Source of the DNA: Bacteroidota bacterium
Lineage (GTDB): Bacteria; Bacteroidota; Bacteroidia; Bacteroidales; CG2-30-32-10
Length of the DNA stretch: 64,000 nt
Reading direction: 5' to 3'
Assembly (NCBI GenBank): GCA_013377115.1
Contig: JACAAW010000001.1
Coordinates: 17,063 to 81,062, forward strand
How positions within the stretch are numbered: the first letter of the stretch is position 1; every line of letters begins with the position of its first letter. The notes beneath the pieces were generated by a model that worked only from the letters and a program-made list of their open reading frames with translations, was not told the origin of the DNA and searched no databases. The position numbers were made by a program, and so were the translations under genes. Below, one piece after another: positions 23,024 to 32,952 of this stretch.

Positions 23024-23180
23024 ATTTTTGAGTTTTAAATTTATATTAAAATATTAAAAGGGGTTCTGAAAATTAGAATTTTCTAGGCGAACAAGGTTTT
23101 AAAAAGCGGAGTTTACTAAAGTAAATGAGCATTTTTAAAATTGAAGTTCAACGACGAAAATGCAATTTTTATTAGTCCCG

Positions 23181-23927
23181 TTAAATTACTTTTGCCTCGT
23201 TGTGTAGAAGATTCACTAATTCTTTTACATTTTCTGGGTCAATTTTTTTACATGCTGCTTTTGGTTTTGGCATATCGAAACCAACAAACTCTGTGAAAGA
23301 ATCAGCTCCAACACCTTCAAAAACTTCCATTGGTTTTCCTTTTGCCATCATAATACCACGCATTGAAGGAATTCTAGGTTCTTTTGCAATCCCCTTCTGA
23401 ACGATGCCAATAAATGGTAGTTGAGCTTCAACGGTTTCTTGTCCACCATCAATTTCTCTTTTCAATTGAACTTGACCATTAATTACATCCAAATGCGAAA
23501 CTGCAGAAACAGAAGGCATATCAAGCAATTCAGACAACATTCCACCTAAAGCAGCACCGTTATAATCACTAGATTCTATTCCGCAAATTACGATATCGTA
23601 ATTGTCTTTTTTAACGATTTCGGCAAGCTGACTAGCCACAAAGAAAGTATCTTTAGGTTCCGCATTTACGCGAATTCCTTTATCAGCTCCAATAGCCAAC
23701 GCTTTTCTTATAGTTGGTTCAGTTTCTTGTGAACCAACCGTAACAACAGTAATAGTTTCAATTACACCTGGCTGAGCATCTTTAATATCTAGGGCTCTGG
23801 TTAGTGCTAATTCGTCCCAAGGATTGATAATCCACTGAACACCTGCATTGTCAAAAGTTGTATTGTTTACAAATTTTATTTTTGTAGTGGTGTCAGGAAC
23901 ATTACTAATGCAAATTAAAATTTTCAT
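23181..23927 (-). CDS. etfB: electron transfer flavoprotein subunit beta
   Basis: 248 aa. Typical EtfB N-terminus (MKILICI..VPDT..KI) located upstream of etfA. Confidence 0.9.
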   Translation of the reverse strand: MKILICISNVPDTTTKIKFVNNTTFDNAGVQWIINPWDELALTRALDIKDAQPGVIETITVVTVGSQETEPTIRKALAIGADKGIRVNAEPKDTFFVASQLAEIVKKDNYDIVICGIESSDYNGAALGGMLSELLDMPSVSAVSHLDVINGQVQLKREIDGGQETVEAQLPFIGIVQKGIAKEPRIPSMRGIMMAKGKPMEVFEGVGADSFTEFVGFDMPKPKAACKKIDPENVKELVNLLHNEAKVI

Positions 23928-23957
23928 AACGAGTAAAAAATATTTTAGTGTTTGTTT

Positions 23958-25097
23958 TTATTTTAATAAAGACCTAGAAATTACAATTTTTTGAACTTCT
24001 GAAGTTCCTTCGTAAATCTGGGTAAGTTTGGCTTCACGCATCAATCTTTCAACATGATATTCTTTAACATAACCATATCCACCATGAATTTGAACAGCTT
24101 CAGTAGTTACTTCCATTGCCATATCAGCACAATATTGTTTTGCCATTGCACTTGCTGTACCATAAGGTAAATGCTGGTCTTTTAACCAAGCAGCTTTTAA
24201 GCAAAGGTTTCTTCCGTTTTCAATTTTCACAGCCATATCAGATAATTTGAATGCATTGATTTGGTGGTTGAAAATTTCTGTTCCGAAAGCTTTTCTTTCC
24301 ATTGAATATTTTAGTGCTCTTTCAAATGCACCAGAGGCAATTCCTAATGCTTGAGAAGCGATTCCAATTCTACCACCTTCTAAAGTTTTCATTGCAAATG
24401 GAAATCCAAATCCATCTTCACCAATTCTGTTTTCTTTAGGAACAATTACATCATTAAACATTACCGAATGGGTATCAGAACTTCTCATTCCCATTTTATT
24501 TTCGTGAGGTCCTAATGTGATTCCAGGAGAATTTTTATCAACGATTAAAGCATTGATACCTTTGTGTTTTTTATCAGGATGAGTTTGTGCAATAACGATA
24601 TAAGTTGAAGCAGAATTTGCATTGGTAATCCAATTTTTGGTTCCATTTAATAAATAATGGTCGCCTTTATCTTCTGCAGTTGTTCTTTGTGAAGTGGCAT
24701 CAGATCCAGCTTCTGGTTCTGATAAAAGAAATGCACCAATTTTTTGTCCGCTAGCTAATGGTCTTAAGAATTTTTGCTTTTGCTCTTCATTTCCATAAGT
24801 CTCAATCCCCCAAATTACAAGCGAATTACATACCGACATAACAACCGCAACTGAAGAATCAACTTTTGATATTTCTTCCATTGCCAAAACATAAGAAATG
24901 GTATCCATACCGCCACCATCATATTTAGGATCTGTCATCATACCTAAAAATCCTAATTCGGCTAATTTTTTTATATGTTCTGCTGGAAATTCCGACTTTT
25001 CGTCTCTTTCGATAACATCGTGAAGTAATTCTCTTTCAGCAAAGTCTTTAGCTGCTTGCTGAATCATTTTTTGTTCTTCAGTAAATTCAAAATTCAT
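23958..25097 (-). CDS. short/medium-chain acyl-CoA dehydrogenase (butyryl-CoA dehydrogenase-like)
   Basis: 379 aa. LSEPEAGSD and a catalytic-base context YEGTSEVQ near the C-terminus. First gene of an acd-etfB-etfA unit. Confidence 0.9.
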   Translation of the reverse strand: MNFEFTEEQKMIQQAAKDFAERELLHDVIERDEKSEFPAEHIKKLAELGFLGMMTDPKYDGGGMDTISYVLAMEEISKVDSSVAVVMSVCNSLVIWGIETYGNEEQKQKFLRPLASGQKIGAFLLSEPEAGSDATSQRTTAEDKGDHYLLNGTKNWITNANSASTYIVIAQTHPDKKHKGINALIVDKNSPGITLGPHENKMGMRSSDTHSVMFNDVIVPKENRIGEDGFGFPFAMKTLEGGRIGIASQALGIASGAFERALKYSMERKAFGTEIFNHQINAFKLSDMAVKIENGRNLCLKAAWLKDQHLPYGTASAMAKQYCADMAMEVTTEAVQIHGGYGYVKEYHVERLMREAKLTQIYEGTSEVQKIVISRSLLK

Positions 25098-25338
25098 GGT
25101 TTAATATATTAAGTTTATAGATTTTTGGATTTGAAATAAATTACCAACTTCATCAAGAAGAGCAACAAAGATAAAAAATTTTTGGAACAAAAGTAATAGG
25201 AAATAAATTTTTACATATTTTGTTTATCCTACTAAAATAGAAGTGTATTTTCATTTATAGGTCTCATTAAATAAGTATTTTGTTTTCACCTTTTTAATTT
25301 TTATCTTTGCCTTATATTAATAAATTTGAAAAAAAATT

Positions 25339-26517
25339 ATGGCAACAATTCATTACAATGCCCCTGATTACTTCCTTTTAGACGAGCTTTTTACTGACGA
25401 ACATAAAATGGTTCGAGGTGCAATTAGAGACTGGGTAAATCGCTCAGTAATTCCAATAATTGATGATGCATGCCAAACACATACTTTTCCGAAACATTTG
25501 ATTAGAGAACTTGGAGAAATGGGTGCATTTGGGCCATATATACCACAAAAATATGGTGGCGCAGGATTGGATCATATTGCCTATGGATTAATTATGCAAG
25601 AATTGGAAAGAGGAGATTCGGGAATTCGTTCTATGGCTTCTGTTCAATCTTCTCTGGTAATGTATCCAATTTATAGTTTTGGTACTGAAGAACAAAGAAT
25701 GAAATATCTTCCAAAACTTGCCACTGGCGAATTGGTAGGTTGCTTTGGATTAACAGAGCCTAATCATGGTTCCGATCCAGGAAGTATGGTAACCAGAATT
25801 ACCGACAAAGGAGACCATTTCCTTCTTAATGGTGCAAAAATGTGGATAACAAATTCTCCAATTGCTGACATTGGTGTTGTTTGGGCAAAAGATGATAATG
25901 GAATCGTTCGAGGAGTTATCGTTGAACGTGGAATGAAAGGTTTTACAACTCCAGAAACGACAAAAAAATGGTCCTTAAGAGCTTCTTATACTGGCGAAAT
26001 GGTATTTGACGATGTGATAATCCCAAAAGAGAATTTATTAACTGGCGTTCAAGGATTAAAAGGGCCAATGTCCTGTTTAAATTCAGCTAGATTTGGTATT
26101 GCTTGGGGTGTTATTGGTGCAGCAATGGATTGTTATGATGTTGCCTTAAATTATTCAAAAGAGAGAATTCAATTTAAAAGACCGATTGCTGGATTTCAAT
26201 TAACTCAAAAGAAATTTGCTGAAATTCTTACAGAAATCACTAAAGCACAATTCCTAGCTTGGCGATTGGGTGTTCTTCGTAACGAAAATAGAGCCACTCC
26301 AGCTCAAATTTCAATGGCAAAAAGAAATAATGTAAAAATGGCTTTGGACACTGCACGTGAATCTCGCCAAATACTTGGGGCAATGGGAATCACTGGTGAT
26401 TTTCCAATGATGAGACATATGATGAATTTAGAATCTGTAATCACCTACGAGGGAACTCATGATGTTCATCTTCTAATTACAGGCCTTGATATTACAGGCG
26501 AAAATGCTTTTTCCTAA
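25339..26517 (+). CDS. gcdH: glutaryl-CoA dehydrogenase
   Basis: 392 aa. From recall it aligns with human GCDH over most of its length (CFGLTEPNHGSDPGSM, WITNSPIAD, ARFGIAWGV, ITYEGTHDVHLLI). Confidence 0.9.
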   Translation: MATIHYNAPDYFLLDELFTDEHKMVRGAIRDWVNRSVIPIIDDACQTHTFPKHLIRELGEMGAFGPYIPQKYGGAGLDHIAYGLIMQELERGDSGIRSMASVQSSLVMYPIYSFGTEEQRMKYLPKLATGELVGCFGLTEPNHGSDPGSMVTRITDKGDHFLLNGAKMWITNSPIADIGVVWAKDDNGIVRGVIVERGMKGFTTPETTKKWSLRASYTGEMVFDDVIIPKENLLTGVQGLKGPMSCLNSARFGIAWGVIGAAMDCYDVALNYSKERIQFKRPIAGFQLTQKKFAEILTEITKAQFLAWRLGVLRNENRATPAQISMAKRNNVKMALDTARESRQILGAMGITGDFPMMRHMMNLESVITYEGTHDVHLLITGLDITGENAFS

Positions 26518-26556
26518 ATCATTTCATTAATAAAAAAATAGCTTAATCAAATTTGA

Positions 26557-29352
26557 ATGAAGCAAATTAATTTCAAAGTAAACGGAAAACATTATGGTCT
26601 TTTGGTGAATAGCCATGAAATGTTATCAACTGTAATACGAGAAAAGGTTGGATTAACAGGAACCAAAATAGGCTGTGAACAAGGTAGTTGCGGAGCATGT
26701 ACAGTTTTAGTAAACAACAAACCTGTTTTGAGTTGCATTACACCCGCTTTACGTTGCGAAAATGCCGAAATAATTACAATTGAAGCATTAGCCAAAGATG
26801 GAAAATTACACAAGCTTCAAGAAAAATTTGTTGAAAAAGGTGCCATTCAATGCGGATTTTGTACTCCAGGAATGGTGATGACAGCTCTCAGCCTGGCTCC
26901 AACCTTAAACAAGGATGAAGGTCTTGAATCAATGATGCATCAGATTAAAGATGGTTTATCAGGAAATTTATGCAGATGCACCGGTTATAAAAAAGTTATT
27001 GAAGCAGTTGCCGAATATGCTTTAGAAGATGCAAACATCATTGAAAAGCCTAAGAAACCAATAGAAACGAAAAGTGTAGGAGTTTCTAGACCGTATATCG
27101 AAGCCGAGAAAAAAGTAAAAGGTGCTGCAGATTATGCTGATGACATTGTAATGAAAAATGCTTTGCATTGTAAATTTTTACGCAGCATTTATCCTCATGC
27201 AAAAATCGAAAAAATTGACACCTCCGAAGCTCTCAAATTAGAAGGTGTTCATTATATAGCAATTGGAAAAGAATTGCCAATTACTTTTGGAGTTCTTCCT
27301 ATTTCTGCTGATGAAACAGCTATGGCAGTCGATAAAGTTCGCTATATTGGCGAAATTGTTGCCGCTGTTGCCGCAGATAGCGAGGAAATTGCAGCTGAAG
27401 CATGTAAATTAATCTATGTTCACTATAAGCCAATAAAAGAATTTTTAAAAATCGATGATTCATTAAACGACATTGGTACAAACGAAAAAATTCACGCGGC
27501 TGGAAAATTTAACAATAACATACATAAAAAGGCAGAATTACGTTTTGGAGATCAGCAACAAGGATTAAAAGATGCAGATATTACCACCAAAATGTCATTT
27601 GAATTTTTAGGCATCAATCATGGTTTTACTGAACCTCATGCTGCCACTGCATTTTGGGATGAAAATGGCTTGACAATAACCACTGCAACACAAGTTCCTC
27701 ATTATTTGCATCGCGCATTGGCAAAAGTTTTGGAAGTTCCTTTAAATCGAGTTCGAGTTATCAAACCTTATCTTGGTGGTGGTTTTGGCGGAAAAAGTGA
27801 TCCTTTTCCTCACGAAATGATTGTTTCTCATCTGGCTCGTAAAACTGGGAGACCTGTTCGCGTAAGATTATCTCGCGAAGAAGTTTTTCTTACCAACCAT
27901 GGACGACATCCATCAAAATTGTCGGTAGAAATGGGAATTTCAAAAGATGGATTTTTCAAAGTTCTCGATGCTGATATTGCCATTGATGGCGGAGCTTATG
28001 GAAGTTTTGGTATTGTAACTTCATACTATAACGGAGTTTTATTACAAGCTCCATACAAACTTGATAATTTTGGTTTCAGGACTTATCGAGTTTACACCAA
28101 CAAACCTCAATGTGGTGCAATGCGAGGCCATGGTGCTGTGAATTCCAGATATGCTGTTGAATCACTAATTGATGATTTAGCAAACAAAATAAATGTTGAT
28201 CCTTGCGAATTAAGATTAAAAAACTTCCTTGATTCTAACACCCAAACTGTTGGTCAATATCGAATTACTTCTAATGGAAGTCGAGAATCTTTGCTAAAAG
28301 TTATGGACCAATCAAAATGGAACGAACGCATTGGCAAATTAGAAACTGGTCATGGGCTTGGCGTTGCTTGCGGATTTTTTATTAGTGGAAGCGCTTTGCC
28401 AATTATCTGGAATGAATTACCACAATCAGTTGTTCATTTAAAACTTGATTTCGATGGCAGGGTTTTGATAACTTCTGGTTCCAGCGATATTGGTCAAGGA
28501 AGTGATACTATGCTTGCAATTATTGTTGCAGAAGTTCTTGGAATTTCGATGGACAAAATCTTTGTTTTGGCTGCGGATACATTGCTTACTCCTGTGGATT
28601 TTGGCAGCTATTCGAGTCGAGTTACATTTATGGCAGGTAATGCTGCAAAAGATGCCGCCGAAAACTTGAAAAAAGAAATTTTAGATGCTGTTGTAAAAGC
28701 AAAAGGAATTAATTCGGACGAACTTAATTTTGGAAATAACCGAGTATTTAGCAACGACAAAACTGTTGATTTATCTTGGGATGAAACTATTGAAATTTTA
28801 ACAGCAAAACGAGGAGCTGTTTGTGTAAGCGGAAAATACATTTCTCCAAAATTAGGTGGGGATTTCAAAGGAGCTGGAGCTGGATTAAGTCCTTCTTATA
28901 CATTTGGTGCTTGTGTTGCCGAAGTGAAAGTTGATACAGAGACTGGCCATGTAAAAGTTCTCAATGTTTGGGGAGCTCACGACTGCGGAAAAGCGCTAAA
29001 TCCAATGGCAGTTGAAGGTCAACTAGAAGGTTCGTGGCATATGGGCGCTGGACAAGCAATTAGCGAACAAATGAAATATTATAAAGGACTTTTATTAAAC
29101 AACAATTTCCTTGAATATAAAATCCCAACAACACTTGATACGCCAGATATTCATGCAAACATTATTGAAACAATGGATCCTGAAGGACCTTTTGGAGCAA
29201 AAGAATCTGGTGAAGGTGCAATTCATCCTGTGATTCCTGCAATTGCAAATGCAGTTTTTAAAGCTGTTGGTGTTCGAATTACACAATTACCGATTAGCGC
29301 AGAAGATGTTTTAGCTAAAATGAAAGAGAATCAAATTTCAAAAGAAAATTAA
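26557..29352 (+). CDS. molybdopterin oxidoreductase of the xanthine-dehydrogenase family with fused N-terminal [2Fe-2S] subunit; 4-hydroxybenzoyl-CoA reductase gamma-alpha-like
   Basis: 931 aa. The N-terminal ~160 aa carry two 2Fe-2S motifs (CEQGSCGACTV; CGFCTPG..CRCTGY). These are followed by the aldehyde-oxidase/XDH a/b-hammerhead and MoCo-binding domains. The specific assignment relies on the partner FAD subunit and the gene context. Confidence 0.65.
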   Translation: MKQINFKVNGKHYGLLVNSHEMLSTVIREKVGLTGTKIGCEQGSCGACTVLVNNKPVLSCITPALRCENAEIITIEALAKDGKLHKLQEKFVEKGAIQCGFCTPGMVMTALSLAPTLNKDEGLESMMHQIKDGLSGNLCRCTGYKKVIEAVAEYALEDANIIEKPKKPIETKSVGVSRPYIEAEKKVKGAADYADDIVMKNALHCKFLRSIYPHAKIEKIDTSEALKLEGVHYIAIGKELPITFGVLPISADETAMAVDKVRYIGEIVAAVAADSEEIAAEACKLIYVHYKPIKEFLKIDDSLNDIGTNEKIHAAGKFNNNIHKKAELRFGDQQQGLKDADITTKMSFEFLGINHGFTEPHAATAFWDENGLTITTATQVPHYLHRALAKVLEVPLNRVRVIKPYLGGGFGGKSDPFPHEMIVSHLARKTGRPVRVRLSREEVFLTNHGRHPSKLSVEMGISKDGFFKVLDADIAIDGGAYGSFGIVTSYYNGVLLQAPYKLDNFGFRTYRVYTNKPQCGAMRGHGAVNSRYAVESLIDDLANKINVDPCELRLKNFLDSNTQTVGQYRITSNGSRESLLKVMDQSKWNERIGKLETGHGLGVACGFFISGSALPIIWNELPQSVVHLKLDFDGRVLITSGSSDIGQGSDTMLAIIVAEVLGISMDKIFVLAADTLLTPVDFGSYSSRVTFMAGNAAKDAAENLKKEILDAVVKAKGINSDELNFGNNRVFSNDKTVDLSWDETIEILTAKRGAVCVSGKYISPKLGGDFKGAGAGLSPSYTFGACVAEVKVDTETGHVKVLNVWGAHDCGKALNPMAVEGQLEGSWHMGAGQAISEQMKYYKGLLLNNNFLEYKIPTTLDTPDIHANIIETMDPEGPFGAKESGEGAIHPVIPAIANAVFKAVGVRITQLPISAEDVLAKMKENQISKEN

Positions 29353-29359
29353 GCAAGAA

Positions 29360-30301
29360 ATGATAAAAGAACAATTATATTTCAAAGCTAAATCCATCGA
29401 AGAAGCTATTATTGAAGCAAATAATCATATTGCCAATTTTCGATATATTGCAGGTGGAACAGATGTTCTTGTCAATAAATTTCAAGGAAATGAGAACTCA
29501 AAAATGCTCATTGATCTTTCAGGTATAGATAGTTTAAAGCAAATTACTATTAAGGGAAATCAGGTAGAGATTGGTGCCCTCATTATTTTAGACGAATTAA
29601 AAAATCACAAAATCATTGCTGAAAGTTTTCCTGCATTATTTGAAGCCGCGCATGCTGTTGCCTCACCAATGATTCGTAAAACAGCTACAATCGGTGGAAA
29701 TTTACTATGCGAAAATCGTTGTACTTTTTACAATCAAACAGAATGGTGGAGAAAAGCTGCTGGATATTGTTTAAAATGTGACGGTGATATTTGCATTGCG
29801 ACAGGAGGAAAAAATAACTGCTTATCAAAATTCATTTCCGACACGGCCGTTGTATTGATTAGCATGAATGCAAGTATTGAAATTTTTGACAATAATCAAA
29901 CTTCAATAATTCCTTTAGAAAGTATTTATACTGGAGATGGTGTAAATCCAAGAAATTTAAGTAATTCTGCAATTATCAAATCTATTTTCATTTCGAATGA
30001 TGAAGGATTTACCTCAGTTTATAAAAAGTTGCGACAACGCGAAACCTTAGAATTTGGATCCTTAATTACTGCAGTTACAAAAAGTAAAAATGGAAAAATA
30101 AAGATTGTTTTAGGTGGTGTTGATCCAAAACCTATTGTTGTAGAGGGAATTGCAAATGATGATTTAAACGAACTTATCATAATAGCCAGTAAAAAAGCAC
30201 GAACCGTTGACAATGATATGTATTCCAGGAAATACCGGAAAGAAATGATTTCAGTATATTTGAAGAGAAGTTTTCAGGAATTGGGTTTAATTTTGCCTTA
30301 A
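29360..30301 (+). CDS. hcrB: FAD-binding subunit of the molybdoenzyme, with Cys-rich insertion (4-hydroxybenzoyl-CoA reductase beta-like)
   Basis: 313 aa. FAD_binding_5-type N-terminus (YIAGGTDVLV). An insertion LLCENRCTFYNQTEWWRKAAGYCLKCDGDICIATGGKNNCLS contains six Cys. Confidence 0.6.
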   Translation: MIKEQLYFKAKSIEEAIIEANNHIANFRYIAGGTDVLVNKFQGNENSKMLIDLSGIDSLKQITIKGNQVEIGALIILDELKNHKIIAESFPALFEAAHAVASPMIRKTATIGGNLLCENRCTFYNQTEWWRKAAGYCLKCDGDICIATGGKNNCLSKFISDTAVVLISMNASIEIFDNNQTSIIPLESIYTGDGVNPRNLSNSAIIKSIFISNDEGFTSVYKKLRQRETLEFGSLITAVTKSKNGKIKIVLGGVDPKPIVVEGIANDDLNELIIIASKKARTVDNDMYSRKYRKEMISVYLKRSFQELGLILP

Positions 30302-30329
30302 TAATAGTTAATAAATACCTCTTAACAAA

Positions 30330-31070
30330 ATGAATTTAAAAGGAAAAACTGCAATTGTAACTGGTGGCAGTCAAGGAATTGGCGCTGCTATCGCATTAAA
30401 ACTTGCTGAACTTGGAGCAAATATCGTCATCATTGATCGCAAAGAAAAAGAAGCTTCAGAAACTACAAAGGAAATTGAAAACCTTGGTGTTAAAAGTTTT
30501 GTTGTTATTGCTGATATTTCAAATTTCCAAGAAGCCGACAATGCCGTGAATTCAATTATTAAGGAATTTGGAAAAATTGATATTTTGGTTAACAATGCTG
30601 GAATCAACATGGACGGTGTTATCTGGAAAATGACCGAAGACCAATGGGACAAAGTTATCAATGTAAATCTAAAAGGTTATTTTAATTATATCAGAGCAAT
30701 TTCGCCAATTTTCAGAGAGCAAAAATCAGGAAAGATTATTAATATTACTTCCATAAACGGACTTAGAGGAAAATTTGGACAATCAAATTATGCTTCTGCA
30801 AAAGCTGGTATTATAGGATTAACAAAAACTGTTGCTAAAGAACTAGGAAAATACAATGTAAATGTAAACGCTGTAGCTCCCGGATTAATTGAAACCGAAA
30901 TGATGAAAAACGCAGATCCTGTGGTTCGCGAAGCAGCAACTGCCGAAATTGTGTTGGGAAGAATGGGCCAATCTGTAGATATTGCAAATACTGTGGCTTT
31001 TCTGGCTTCCGAATTATCGCGCCATATTACAGGCGAAGTGATAAAAGTCGATGGCGGACAATATATTTAG
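30330..31070 (+). CDS. short-chain dehydrogenase/reductase, 3-oxoacyl reductase (FabG-like)
   Basis: 246 aa. TGGSQGIG, NNAG, catalytic YASAKAG. Confidence 0.85.
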   Translation: MNLKGKTAIVTGGSQGIGAAIALKLAELGANIVIIDRKEKEASETTKEIENLGVKSFVVIADISNFQEADNAVNSIIKEFGKIDILVNNAGINMDGVIWKMTEDQWDKVINVNLKGYFNYIRAISPIFREQKSGKIINITSINGLRGKFGQSNYASAKAGIIGLTKTVAKELGKYNVNVNAVAPGLIETEMMKNADPVVREAATAEIVLGRMGQSVDIANTVAFLASELSRHITGEVIKVDGGQYI

Positions 31071-31094
31071 AAGAATTATTAAGAAAAATGCATT

Positions 31095-32288
31095 ATGAAT
31101 TTAAACGACATTGTAATAGTATCAGCCTGTAGAACTGCCATGGGAAAATTTGGAGGAACTCTTAGAAATATTCCTTCTTACGATTTGGGCGCAGTGGTTA
31201 TTAAAGAAGCATTAAAAAGGGTTTCTATTTCAGGAGATCAAGTTGATGATGTGATTTTAGGAAGCTGCCGTCAGGCCGGAAACGGACCAAATCCTGCAAG
31301 AACTGCTGCTGTTAAAGGTGGAATTGCAATGGAAAAACCTGTTATCACACTGAATATGGCATGTCCTTCAGGAATGAGATCCATTGCAATGGCATCGCAG
31401 GCAATTCGTTTGGGCGAGGCTGAAATTATGGTTGTTGGAGGTTTCGACAGCATGAGTTCAATTCCGTATTTATTGAAAAATGCCCGTTGGGATGGTTTTA
31501 AAATGGGAAACAAATCTCTTGAAGACGGTTGGAGCGATAGTATTGATCCGCTTATCGGACAAGGAATGGGTGAAACTGCAGAAAATTTATTTGATAAATA
31601 TAAAATTTCGAGAGAAGAACAAGATCAATATGCAGTTAATAGTCATTTGAAAGCTGCTGCTGCGCAAAAGAATGGTTGGTTTAATGAAGAAATTGTTCCT
31701 ATTGAAATTCCAGGTGCAAAAAATGCTGCTGCAACAATTTTTGATAAAGACGAAACCATCCGTACCAATGTGAACATGGAAGATCTTGCTAAAATTCGTC
31801 CTGCATTTAGAAAAGAAGGTGGAAGTGTAACTGCAGGAAACTCTTGTGGATTAAGTGATGGCGCAACAGCTTTAGTTGTGATGAGCCGTAAAAAAGCTTC
31901 AGAGTTAAATTTAACTCCACTTTTTTCAATTGTTTCTTATTCGCAAATTGCTGTAAATCCTTCAACAATGGGAGAAGGTCCTTCGGTTGCCATTCCTGAA
32001 GCATTGAAAAAAGCAAATATGACTTTGAATCAATTGGATATTGTTGAAATAAACGAAGCTTTTGCAGTTCAAGTTTTATCAAACCAAAAAGTTCTTAATA
32101 TAGATCCAGAAAAACTAAATGTTAATGGCGGTGCCATCGCATTAGGACATCCTACCGGAATAAGTGGAGCCAGAATATTAGTGACTGGTTATTATGCTCT
32201 AAAAAGACTCAATAAAACATATTGTGTTGCTTCCATTTGTGGTGGCGGTGGAGTAAGTACAGCAATGATAATAAAAAGAGAATCTTAA
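31095..32288 (+). CDS. acetyl-CoA C-acetyltransferase (thiolase II)
   Basis: 397 aa. Nucleophile context NMACPSG, NEAFA, GHPTGISG, CGGGG. Confidence 0.9.
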   Translation: MNLNDIVIVSACRTAMGKFGGTLRNIPSYDLGAVVIKEALKRVSISGDQVDDVILGSCRQAGNGPNPARTAAVKGGIAMEKPVITLNMACPSGMRSIAMASQAIRLGEAEIMVVGGFDSMSSIPYLLKNARWDGFKMGNKSLEDGWSDSIDPLIGQGMGETAENLFDKYKISREEQDQYAVNSHLKAAAAQKNGWFNEEIVPIEIPGAKNAAATIFDKDETIRTNVNMEDLAKIRPAFRKEGGSVTAGNSCGLSDGATALVVMSRKKASELNLTPLFSIVSYSQIAVNPSTMGEGPSVAIPEALKKANMTLNQLDIVEINEAFAVQVLSNQKVLNIDPEKLNVNGGAIALGHPTGISGARILVTGYYALKRLNKTYCVASICGGGGVSTAMIIKRES

Positions 32289-32291
32289 ATT

Positions 32292-32825
32292 TTATTTCTC
32301 TGGAAATCTAAACCCATTCTGAAATAACTGAACTACATTAATATTGGGATATTCAGTTTTTCCTAAAATATAAAGAAGTCCGATATAATAATTATCGATC
32401 CAACCTTTTACGCTTAGTTGGCTTCCATCTTTGGTTTTCCAATAATCAATAACTCCAGTTGCGTCAGGATTACTTTCTAAGGAGTGACCTTTTCCATAAC
32501 CAACTGCATCCGTAATTTCCCAGGAAGTTTTTAAATAATCCATGTATTGAATTAATAAAAGTTCCAAATCAGCTTTATCATTTCCTGTCTTTTGTGCAAA
32601 TTTTACTGTTACAATTCCGTAGGTGTATCCATCAAAATCAAAAGAACCTGTATAGATTTTTGCAGAATCAGGTGAATAATTGAATTCGAAATTAGTTGGG
32701 GTGCCAGGAAAATAGGCATAGCAGCCACTTGTTGAAATTGGAATTTTTTGGAACCTAGGAACTTTTTGACCAAATAAGGCAAAAATCGAGAAAAACAAAA
32801 CAAAATTCAATACAACTTTTTTCAT
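32292..32825 (-). CDS. hypothetical secreted protein
   Basis: 177 aa with a signal-like N-terminus. I recognise no motifs. Confidence 0.4.
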   Translation of the reverse strand: MKKVVLNFVLFFSIFALFGQKVPRFQKIPISTSGCYAYFPGTPTNFEFNYSPDSAKIYTGSFDFDGYTYGIVTVKFAQKTGNDKADLELLLIQYMDYLKTSWEITDAVGYGKGHSLESNPDATGVIDYWKTKDGSQLSVKGWIDNYYIGLLYILGKTEYPNINVVQLFQNGFRFPEK

Positions 32826-32892
32826 AACTATTAATTCATGGTAAAATTTGATGCTAATTTATAAAACTTAATTTACATTTTTCTGTTTTATT

Positions 32893-32932
32893 AAAAAAAG
32901 GGACATTGAACTAAATCCAAATATCCCTTTTT
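32893..32932 (-). terminator. candidate terminator of the ring-processing operon
   Basis: aaaaaaaggga ... tcccttttt forms a 9-bp stem around a ~20-nt loop just downstream of the 701-aa gene's stop, with a T-run on the minus strand. The loop is unusually large. Confidence 0.4.
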
Positions 32933-32952
32933 AATGATATTACTTCAGCTGT

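Noticed and set aside
26557-30301. Alternative reading as xanthine dehydrogenase, aldehyde oxidoreductase or CO dehydrogenase
   Set aside because: The FAD subunit carries a Cys-rich insertion not expected in those enzymes, and the context is aromatic CoA-ester catabolism. This is less likely but not excluded without an alignment.
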